This document shows positions 47,299 to 55,710 of a DNA stretch of 64,000 bases, one piece after another. Numbering within the stretch: the stretch's first letter is position 1; the number at the start of each line of letters is the position of its first letter. The DNA is from Nitrosopumilus sp. (lineage in GTDB: Archaea > Thermoproteota > Nitrososphaeria > Nitrososphaerales > Nitrosopumilaceae): contig CBDBCE010000004.1 in assembly GCA_965203315.1 (NCBI GenBank), positions 103,366 through 167,365 of the forward strand, in the 5' to 3' direction. Below the pieces are notes generated by a model. That model did not search any database. It had not been told where the DNA came from and saw nothing but the letters and a program-made list of their open reading frames with translations. Made by a program: the position numbers and the translations under genes.

Positions 47299-48580
47299 AC
47301 CCTGCAAACATCCATCTCTCATCTAATCGGAAAAAGTTTCTATAACTTGCTCTTATTGACATGGAGGGAGTGGCAAATGATCCACCCCGTAATACTTTTT
47401 GATTTGTAAACCACTTGTCATTATATTCATCAAACCCTGACTTGAATCCTGGATATCCCATAAACTCTGACGATGTCCATTCCCACACATCGCCTATCAT
47501 CTGATGGCATCCAGACGGACTGACTCCATCCGGAAATGAACCTACTTTGGTACAGCGCCAATTATGCGACTCTAATAAATTACATCTAGACTCGTCTGGT
47601 GGGTCATTGCCCCATGGAAATATTGTCTTCTCTTGCATGATATCGTTCCAACATGCCGCCTTTTCCCATTCTGCTTCGGTCGGAAGTCGTCTTTTTGCCC
47701 ACTTTGCGTATGCATCTGCTTCATAATAGCTTACATGACATACGGGTTCGTCCAGATCGATCTCTCGCGGTCCTGCAAAATCGTTAATGTACCACTTGTC
47801 ATCCTTCATCTCCCAATACATTGGAGCTTTCCAGTTGTTTGTTTTGACCTTCTCCCATCCATCAGCCAACCAGTACTTGTAAGTCTCATATCCGCCATCT
47901 CTCATAAATTGCATATATGAGCCGTTTGTAACAGGATATGCATCTATGGTATAGTCATTTAGAAAGACCTTGTGCTCTGGGAGTTCGATATCATAACAAT
48001 AGTCTTTACCACTATATCCCATTGTATACATACCACCTTTTATTGCAATCTGTTTATGTACGACACTGTCATTATGTGAAGTGTTATTGATCTTTACTGG
48101 TCTGTAATTGGATCCTAGCATGTGTTGTAGATCATATATCAAAAGTTCCTGATGCTGACATTCGTGATGACATCCCATCATCAAAAGTCTCATCTGTTCA
48201 CTCGTAAGAGTATGTTCCTTGATGAACTCTTTGGTTCGTTGTGTTATTATCTCAAAGTATTCTAGAATCTGTGATGTGGTGGGTCTTGAGACTATGCCAC
48301 GTCGCCCTTTATCGTGCGGTGTACCAAACTGCTGATAATATGAGTTGAGATATGTTACAAACTCTCTTGAATAATACTCATAGTTTGAATCTATCTTGTC
48401 CATTATCGCTTCATATATCCAACTTACGTGACCCATGTGCCATTTTGGAGGACTAGTAAAATGTTCAGTTTGAATAGTATAATCGTCAGACTCTAGCGTC
48501 TTAACTATCTCCAAAGTTTTGTCTCGTGTGTCTATAAATGATTGAATTAGCGAAATCTCAACCTCTGAACTTGTAGACAT
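47282..48580 (-). CDS. egtB: hercynine oxygenase / sulfoxide synthase EgtB (DinB_2 plus FGE-sulfatase domains)
   Basis: 432 aa. DinB-type HMGHVSW...HHECQHQELLIYDL and C-terminal FGE-like ...GDVWEWT...VLRGGSFAT. The 3' end overlaps the egtD 3' end by 17 nt. Confidence 0.8.
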   Translation of the reverse strand: MSTSSEVEISLIQSFIDTRDKTLEIVKTLESDDYTIQTEHFTSPPKWHMGHVSWIYEAIMDKIDSNYEYYSREFVTYLNSYYQQFGTPHDKGRRGIVSRPTTSQILEYFEIITQRTKEFIKEHTLTSEQMRLLMMGCHHECQHQELLIYDLQHMLGSNYRPVKINNTSHNDSVVHKQIAIKGGMYTMGYSGKDYCYDIELPEHKVFLNDYTIDAYPVTNGSYMQFMRDGGYETYKYWLADGWEKVKTNNWKAPMYWEMKDDKWYINDFAGPREIDLDEPVCHVSYYEADAYAKWAKRRLPTEAEWEKAACWNDIMQEKTIFPWGNDPPDESRCNLLESHNWRCTKVGSFPDGVSPSGCHQMIGDVWEWTSSEFMGYPGFKSGFDEYNDKWFTNQKVLRGGSFATPSMSIRASYRNFFRLDERWMFAGFRCAD

Positions 48581-48618
48581 ATTTTACATCTATTGACATT
48601 TATTATATTTGTATATCA

Positions 48619-48730
48619 GGATCTCTTCGGTTTACATGAGATGGAATTTCGCAAGGCGTTTCCATAATTTTTCTATATAGGATATTGGTGTTTTCTGTAA
48701 CCGTTCATTTCACATAAACCGAGGAGATCC
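48619..48730 (+). mobile_element. MITE-A copy 5
   Basis: GGATCTCTTCGGTTTACATGAGATGGAATTTCGCAAGG...CATTTCACATAAACCGAGGAGATCC. Confidence 0.85.
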
Positions 48731-49050
48731 GATCATTATACTGATACTAGAATCTTGAGAACAATCATATGATGATGTTGTACTGTTCATTTCGAGTACA
48801 CACCGTGTAGCATTTGATTGTGTCGTTAAAACTTGATCTAAATCTTTCGTCTAACATTCCATTTTGGCTCTCTGTAGAACGCATTTGGGGGAAAGATGGT
48901 GCTTCGATACCTCACATACACGCCAGAGATGTCATCCACCACGCCTGAGGTGGCGATTTGATACCGTATGGATGTGCAGGCATATCTGTTATTCCAAAAC
49001 GCAGAGTAAATTACTAAAGTTTTTATGGTAAAGTCTTTGTGCTCTAGTAC

Positions 49051-49221
49051 ATGAGTAGTAAAAAGAAGTCAGCTCCACTACCGGCGTCAAGTGGAGGTCT
49101 GATGAGATTCTTTGAAGATGAAACAAAGGGCTTTAAAATAGATCCTAGAATAGTAGTATCGATTCCAATAGGCTTGATTGCGATCTCATGGGCATTAGAT
49201 CTATTTCTAGTATCTCCGTGA
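49051..49221 (+). CDS. secG: preprotein translocase subunit Sec61beta (archaeal SecG)
   Basis: Hand-translated 56 aa: MSSKKKSAPLPASSGGLMRFFEDETKGFKIDPRIVVSIPIGLIAISWALDLFLVSP. A basic N-terminus, the GLxRFF motif and a single C-terminal TM are typical of Sec61beta. Below the track's size cut-off. Confidence 0.7.
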   Translation: MSSKKKSAPLPASSGGLMRFFEDETKGFKIDPRIVVSIPIGLIAISWALDLFLVSP

Positions 49222-49222
49222 T

Positions 49223-50977
49223 GTGATAATGGCTAGCGAGACAGATGGGGTCTCAAACATACATAATAGATTCTCTCTCACCTTGATAAACCCCGCATCA
49301 CATTACTTTTCTCTAGTTGCATCACTAGGTATTGCGGCAGTAATAGCGATCACTACATACTTTGCATATATTCCACATGTCGACGAGTCTCAGATATGGT
49401 ATAGGGTTCCTGCAATTGTCGGAGTACTTGCATTAGCTCAAATTTTGGATACTAGATATACCAAGAAAAAAGAATACTCCAAGTCTCTACATTCCTCGTT
49501 ATTTGCAAACATGTTGTGGATCGTAACCATGCTAGTTGGTCTAGCAGCAAGTACAATCTTGGAAAAAGAGATCACATTGTTTTTTATAACTCTTGGAATG
49601 TTTCTCTTTGCAAGTTTTAGAATTGGTATCTATACTGCAACGCTAGGAATCAATCTTACAAAGGCATGGGCTACATGCTTTATACAACCGTTAGCAATGT
49701 TTCTAGTACTAATTCCAACAGATCTTTGGGTACCTATGTTGACAGATCCACTGTCTCTTGTATATGGTGTATCATTCATGGTAATTGCAAGTGTCTGGTC
49801 GGTAATGACAGACAGAGCTGGACGACCAGGAATGGACAGCACGCACAAGACGATCCAAGCATATCTTGCATCACAGGGTAATGACTTTACAGATGCCGAG
49901 AAGATAATGGAGCAGCGCTCAAGCGAGACCCAAGTATCTACCTCTCAGATACGATTTGAATCTTCAGACGGTAAGAACGAATTTCGTATGGTCTTGCCAG
50001 AGATACATCCTGGACCATATCATCCTGTTGGAGGGAGTAACATACCATACCTGATATACAAAAACTTGAACTCTTCTGCAATGGTGATGCATAGCATATC
50101 TGATCATGCATTAAATCTTCCATCACGAAATGAGGTCAAGAACTATCTCCAAAGTCTAGCATACAGCAAAGTACGAGAGACAGGTATGTATTGCACAGAG
50201 CCGGTAATGGTTCAGATAAACAAAGCACGAGTCACTGGTCTGTTGTTTGGAAATAGTCCTCTCTTGTTTTTGTCATTATCGCCGCATGGAATGGAAGATA
50301 TTCCAAATTACATGAAGATCAATATAGAGGAATACGCAAAGACAAAAGACTATGCTAGAACAATGATCGTAGACTGTCACAATGCAATGGGACAAGAGAT
50401 CTCGAATGAAGATGGAGAAGATATGTTCAAGGCAGCAAAGTCATGCTTGGATACACTAGGTACAAGAAAGAGTTTTGAGTTAGAGTTTGGATATGCAAAC
50501 TCTGACAGCATGAATGTCTGGACAGAGGACTTGGGAATGGGAGGATTAGGCATTGTGTGTCTAAAGATCAATGGTAAGAGATACTTTCTAGGATGGGCCG
50601 ATGCCAACAACATGGAGAACGGTATCCGTGAAAAGATTGTGTCAAACTTTGCTAGTCGTGGTCTCAACCTACTAGAGATGTGCACGTCTGATACTCATTA
50701 TGCTCCGGTAAAGGCTAGAAACAAGAATGGATATTATCAACTAGGATTGATAACCAGCGCAGACAAGATCACTGAATGGCTATTAGATATTGCAAAGCGT
50801 GCAGAAAAGTCGACACATGCCGCAAAATTTGAGATACTGGAGAACAAGACAGATGTAAGAGTGATGGGACAAGGAATCTTTAAAGACTATTCCAAAGCTC
50901 TTGACAACTCTCTAAAAATCACGAAAGGATTCTTGATTGGTGGAATAATCTTCTTTCTAACTAGTCTCTTTCTATGA
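49223..50977 (+). CDS. DUF2070-type membrane protein
   Basis: 584 aa, with about 6 N-terminal TM helices, a large soluble domain and a terminal TM. The architecture recalls archaeal COG3356/DUF2070 proteins. The ATG at 49229 is an alternative start. Confidence 0.5.
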   Translation: MIMASETDGVSNIHNRFSLTLINPASHYFSLVASLGIAAVIAITTYFAYIPHVDESQIWYRVPAIVGVLALAQILDTRYTKKKEYSKSLHSSLFANMLWIVTMLVGLAASTILEKEITLFFITLGMFLFASFRIGIYTATLGINLTKAWATCFIQPLAMFLVLIPTDLWVPMLTDPLSLVYGVSFMVIASVWSVMTDRAGRPGMDSTHKTIQAYLASQGNDFTDAEKIMEQRSSETQVSTSQIRFESSDGKNEFRMVLPEIHPGPYHPVGGSNIPYLIYKNLNSSAMVMHSISDHALNLPSRNEVKNYLQSLAYSKVRETGMYCTEPVMVQINKARVTGLLFGNSPLLFLSLSPHGMEDIPNYMKINIEEYAKTKDYARTMIVDCHNAMGQEISNEDGEDMFKAAKSCLDTLGTRKSFELEFGYANSDSMNVWTEDLGMGGLGIVCLKINGKRYFLGWADANNMENGIREKIVSNFASRGLNLLEMCTSDTHYAPVKARNKNGYYQLGLITSADKITEWLLDIAKRAEKSTHAAKFEILENKTDVRVMGQGIFKDYSKALDNSLKITKGFLIGGIIFFLTSLFL

Positions 50978-51608
50978 TGTGCATCATGTCTATGTTACCA
51001 TAAAACTCATCGAGGAATGACTCGAATTGATGTATAGGTACAATTGGAACCTTGTCGACAAAACTGACACAATCTTGGTATAGTGTGACTATGACTGGCA
51101 CAGCTGATGGTTGGGTTGTCTTTGTGATGTATTGACGTGCACGTTCGATCTGTTTTTTAATAATCTGTGTTGGTATGCGGCTGCGACTCCAGTGTTTACA
51201 ATCGATCAAGATCGATATACCTAAACGAGTACCAACTACATCGATCTCCATCTTGGGTTTGGTTAGAAACAGATTTTTAGATACAACAAAGTTATGTGAC
51301 GCAAGGATCTCAGCTGTAAATCCCTCAAAGTCTCGCCAGTCAATTGCTTCGGATATGTCGCCTATGTCAAATCCAGAATTCAACATATCTAGCGCAATAT
51401 CGATCTTTGCTCCTGCTGTAAATTGATATGCACCATTTTCATATACAGCAAAACTGGCCGACACCAACGAATCAAGTATCTTTGTTGAGTCGTTCTCACT
51501 TATCCCTGTGGTGGTTATAAAATCTTGAACAGATACACCTCCTACAGCTATACCTCGTAGACCCTCGATCATCTTTGGATGAAATCTAGTCATATCTGGA
51601 CTCATCAA
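50961..51608 (-). CDS. wHTH plus PD-(D/E)XK nuclease-fold protein (Mrr-cat-like)
   Basis: 215 aa. The C-terminal EIDVVGTRLGISILIDCKHW fits a D...(D/E)xK core. Confidence 0.45.
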   Translation of the reverse strand: MMSPDMTRFHPKMIEGLRGIAVGGVSVQDFITTTGISENDSTKILDSLVSASFAVYENGAYQFTAGAKIDIALDMLNSGFDIGDISEAIDWRDFEGFTAEILASHNFVVSKNLFLTKPKMEIDVVGTRLGISILIDCKHWSRSRIPTQIIKKQIERARQYITKTTQPSAVPVIVTLYQDCVSFVDKVPIVPIHQFESFLDEFYGNIDMMHIIERD

Positions 51609-51881
51609 TCTATAGATAAAAACGATTTATTCTGCGTATTGTTCTCTTCTAGTAACACTACTGTGATATCATTTTTTTAAATTGCTGATGTATGTATTGG
51701 TGCATATAATCAGCACGAGTACAAACACCTTGCACTTTGAATATTTATCTTGAATATTTACGCAAACTTCAACCATGTTGTACTATTTAAAACATAATGG
51801 AAAGATTATCTCTTTGTATCTAAATTGTATGTGATAGTGACTCTACAAAATTGATTTTGTTTTCAAGTTATATATAGAATA

Positions 51882-52466
51882 TTGAAATACATGAATGTGC
51901 CCGAACGCGAATTCTCTAATTCCTTATGGCATGTGGGGTGGAAACGCATCGATGATGGTAGATGGTTAATCTGCTATATGGACAATGCTTCTAGATTTGT
52001 AACAGGTTATGATACCTTTGAACACACTACAGTAGAGAATACACTACTGGTGCTAGACAAGGCCATCAAAGATCACGGACGACCTGCGTCAATACTGACT
52101 AGTCATAAAAAACAGTTCTATGCAAGCGAGTCTGAAGCCGAGAAAAATGTCGCATCCCAATTTGAGATGAGATTGGTAGAGCTGGGCATCAAACAAATCT
52201 TCGCGCGAGCAAATCAATCGTATACTAATAACAGACTAGCTAGACTATTCAGTGAAGTACAGCGCAAGCTACCAGCGTTTGAGGCAATTATGCAAAGAGT
52301 GAGTGATCCTGTCGATCTATTCATGAAATGGTACAACTATGACCGACCACACATGTCTCTTGGAAAAGGTGGGTACGAGACGCCACATGAAGCATTTAAT
52401 CGAAAAATGCCAAAAGAAGGAACAGTTATTGACGAGTCGTCAGGAGATGAACACCATGTCAAATGA
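51882..52466 (+). pseudogene. rve-type transposase relic lacking the HTH, with all three DDE positions substituted
   Basis: Aligns by eye with the 39670-40230 copy. WHVGW aligns to WHVDW, ILTSHKKQF to ILSDRGTQF, and TNNRLARLF to TNGKLERFF. The 194-codon frame is still open. Confidence 0.6.
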
Positions 52467-52592
52467 AGGGGTGAACGACTTTTCATATCCCACAATTTAC
52501 TTTTGGCTTTCCATGGGATCAAATATCAAAGAACTTGAACTTGAAATCAATACCTTAATTATTTGAAATTTAAGTGTATTTGGATGTATTAT

Positions 52593-52707
52593 GAATCTTT
52601 TCGATTTACGTGGGATGGCATTTTACAAGGCTGTTTTTACTAATTTTTTCCTATACCTCATAGTGCTGTTTCTATACCATTCTATCCCACATAAATCGAA
52701 AAGATCC
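52593..52707 (+). mobile_element. MITE-A copy 6
   Basis: GAATCTTTTCGATTTACGTGGGATGGCATTTTACAAGG...CATTCTATCCCACATAAATCGAAAAGATCC. Confidence 0.85.
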
Positions 52708-52739
52708 CAGATAAGAACAAGAAGAAAGGAACAATCAAG

Positions 52740-53012
52740 TTTGAGATGAGATTGGCAAAAGTAGGGATACAACACATTCTTGGACAAGTAAATCGTCCGG
52801 AGACCAATGGTAAAGTGGAACAACTATTTGGAGAGGTAGATCTCGAATTTCCAGTATTTGCAGGATACATGCAACGAACAAGTGATCCAGTAGATATGTT
52901 CATGAAATAGTACAACTATGAACGCCTCCACATGTCTCTCAATATCGACATCAGATACACCATACAAAGCGTTTATCAACAAACAACCTCCAAAATGAGT
53001 AGAAATCGATGA
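52740..53012 (+). pseudogene. rve transposase C-terminal fragment with an in-frame stop
   Basis: Hand-translated FEMRLAKVGIQHILGQVNRPETNGKVEQLFGEVD...SDPVDMFMK*YNYERLHMSL. The TAG is at 52908-52910. Starts about 30 nt after MITE-A copy 6. Confidence 0.7.
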
Positions 53013-53211
53013 CCAGTAAGAAAAATACCACATAACCCGGGGCAACCACTTTCCGGATCCTACAATCAAATGACGTGATGAACAACTCTTTATATCACTC
53101 AGTGTGAAATGATGAGGTCTATTCATATTCCACAAATGTGGGGGTGAATAACAAACCATATCTAATATTCGATCAGCCAATTTTTATTACAAGTGATATC
53201 TCAAGGCATTT

Positions 53212-55710
53212 GTGTATACTGTATCTATGCTGAAGATAGTGTTATTGTGCACAATATCATTATGCGTAATATCGTTGGGAATAGAATTCAAGCTAGTACA
53301 GGCTAGTGCATTTGTAGAGTCCATAAAGTTTATTCAATATCTTGATGAGAACACCGCATTAGAAGAGGTTCGTAGTGGTAATCTAGACATGTATTACTTT
53401 AGAATGCCATCAGACAGACTAGAAGATATTTCGTCAAGAGAGAATCTCAAGATATTCGAGTCTACCGGTGGATCATATAGCATTCTTGCAAATCCTGCAG
53501 AGTCTGAAGAGTTTAATCCTTTCTCTATACGCGAGATAAGATTTGCTCTAAACTATCTAGTTGATAGACAGTTGATCGTAAATGAGTTGATGGGAGGATA
53601 TGGCGCGCCTATTGTATCGTATTATGGCCCAACTGATCCTGAATTTCTTACTGCGATCGAGACGTTAGAGAGCTTTAATTTTAGATACAATCCAGCATTG
53701 GCCAATGAGATCATCTCAGATAATCTAAAGAATGTTGGAGCAGTGCAACACGATGGTATATGGCATATGGACTCCAAACCCATCAATATTGTGATATTCA
53801 TTCGAAGTGACGATCCAGTGAGAAAGTCGATAGGAGAGTTACTGGCAACTGAACTTGAAAAGGTTGGTTTTATAGTAACAAAGAGTTTCGGCGATCTAAA
53901 CAAAGCATTTGTTGTTGTATATGGATCAAATCCTGCCGATCTATCGTGGCATCTCTACACTGAAGGATGGAGCAGATCGGCGTTTGTTCGATATGATGCA
54001 ATAGGTTTGAGTCAGATGTATGCTCCATGGTTCTCTAACATGCCTGGCTTTAACGATCCATCTTACTGGAACTATGAGAATGAACGAATCGATAACGTTA
54101 CACAAAAGATCTATGGTGGCGAATTTGAGTCTGATATAGAACGAGCTGATCTGATCAACATCGCAATAGGTATAGGAATAGACGAGTCGGTTCGAGTATT
54201 TCTCGCAAGTAAGATAGATCAGTATGTTGTAAACAGTGATATCAGCGGTGTGATCAACGACTTTGGATCTGGAATAACGAGCAGATTCACTCCAATCAAC
54301 GCACGCGGAACAGGTGAGACACTTGCCATTGGCGTAAAACAGATCTATCAAGGAGCATGGAATCCTATTATGGGACTAACAGATCTCTATAGTCGATATA
54401 TCTGGGAAATTGTATCAGACCCTGCAACATTCAAGCATCCCTATTCTGGCAAGACTATTCCAATACGAGCCGAATGGAATGTTGAAACAGATGGTCTAAA
54501 CAGTACAATAAACGTTCCCTCTGACGCAATGCGTTGGAATCCGGTCGAGGGTGTGTGGGAAAGAGTAGGTGAAAATGTTACATCGATCAGCAAAGTCACA
54601 TACAACTATGAGTTTGGAGAATGGCATAATGGCATAATGATGGATATGAGCGACATTTGGTATTCATTATACTTTACATCAGAATGGGGAGCTCAAACAG
54701 ATGACGATGACAAGACATTTGATACAGAGTTTACTCCAAGGGCTACTCAAAGTATCGAGACGATAATCGGCGCTAGACAGATAGATGCGAATACACTAGA
54801 AGTCTATGTAGATTATTGGCACTTTGATGAAGGTGAGATTGCAGAATGGGCAGTGATCTGGAGTTCTACTCCATGGGAGATAACATATGCAATGGAGCAA
54901 GCTGTCTTGGATAGCAAAGCCTCATTTTCGAGATCGGGAGCAACAAGTAAGAATATCAGTTGGTTGTCGCTCCTTATTCCCAATGACGCCAACATGATCA
55001 AAAGTTATCTGGATGACTTTATTGTACAAGATTTTGTACCATATGGATTAGATGGTATAGTCGAATCTACCAACCATAAATCTAGATATGAATCATCAAC
55101 AAGATGGATCGAAGAGAACAATCATGCAGTAATCAGCAATGGACCATTTTACATAGAGTCGTACTCTCCAGAGTCTAGAACGATATCTGCTCGATCATTC
55201 GAAGGTGTATATCCATTTCAAGTAGGCAAATGGACCAAGTTTGAGTCTACTACATTTCCATCAATATTGCGAGTAGAGATAGAGGAGCCTATACTCCAAG
55301 AGGTGGGCTCTACGATAAAAGTTGAGACGAGAGCTGCAGACTCGATCCTATACTTTCTTACAGATAGTAAAGGAGATGTGATCTATTCGGATACAGTAAG
55401 CGCAGATGATGTGATCGAGATCGTACTCTCGCCACAAAGACTGTCGATGCTGGACAGAGATGCCAACAGCATCAAGATCTTTGCACTATCTGATACAGTA
55501 TTCAAACCAGATATGTATGAAAAGAGTTTCATCGTTCTAGAAGAACGACCCGAGTTTGATATAGAGTACAATGAATACAATACTGGTAGTGATCAAGAGT
55601 ATTGGCCAATCATTATTCTAGTAGTAATTATACTTGGTACTGTGATATACGTCAAGAGACATAACATGCAAAGATCGAGATCAGTATCCGCGAGCAAAGA
55701 TCGGATGTGA
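53212..55710 (+). CDS. ABC transporter substrate-binding protein, family 5 (oligopeptide/nickel type) with a C-terminal membrane anchor
   Basis: 832 aa with an N-terminal signal/anchor (MLKIVLLCTISLCVISLG) and SBP_bac_5-like IRFALNYLVDRQLIVNELMGGYG. The C-terminal TM reads WPIIILVVIILGTVIYV. The Met at 53227 is the more likely start. Confidence 0.7.
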   Translation: MYTVSMLKIVLLCTISLCVISLGIEFKLVQASAFVESIKFIQYLDENTALEEVRSGNLDMYYFRMPSDRLEDISSRENLKIFESTGGSYSILANPAESEEFNPFSIREIRFALNYLVDRQLIVNELMGGYGAPIVSYYGPTDPEFLTAIETLESFNFRYNPALANEIISDNLKNVGAVQHDGIWHMDSKPINIVIFIRSDDPVRKSIGELLATELEKVGFIVTKSFGDLNKAFVVVYGSNPADLSWHLYTEGWSRSAFVRYDAIGLSQMYAPWFSNMPGFNDPSYWNYENERIDNVTQKIYGGEFESDIERADLINIAIGIGIDESVRVFLASKIDQYVVNSDISGVINDFGSGITSRFTPINARGTGETLAIGVKQIYQGAWNPIMGLTDLYSRYIWEIVSDPATFKHPYSGKTIPIRAEWNVETDGLNSTINVPSDAMRWNPVEGVWERVGENVTSISKVTYNYEFGEWHNGIMMDMSDIWYSLYFTSEWGAQTDDDDKTFDTEFTPRATQSIETIIGARQIDANTLEVYVDYWHFDEGEIAEWAVIWSSTPWEITYAMEQAVLDSKASFSRSGATSKNISWLSLLIPNDANMIKSYLDDFIVQDFVPYGLDGIVESTNHKSRYESSTRWIEENNHAVISNGPFYIESYSPESRTISARSFEGVYPFQVGKWTKFESTTFPSILRVEIEEPILQEVGSTIKVETRAADSILYFLTDSKGDVIYSDTVSADDVIEIVLSPQRLSMLDRDANSIKIFALSDTVFKPDMYEKSFIVLEERPEFDIEYNEYNTGSDQEYWPIIILVVIILGTVIYVKRHNMQRSRSVSASKDRM

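Noticed and set aside
48765-48830. C/D-box sRNA suggested by ATGATGA at about 48768
   Set aside because: No CUGA D box or C'/D' pair follows at the required spacing.
52623-53180. Three overlapping minus-strand ORFs (52623-52823, 52682-52915, 52824-53180)
   Set aside because: They run antisense through MITE-A copy 6 and the rve fragment. The plus-strand transposase homology explains the region.
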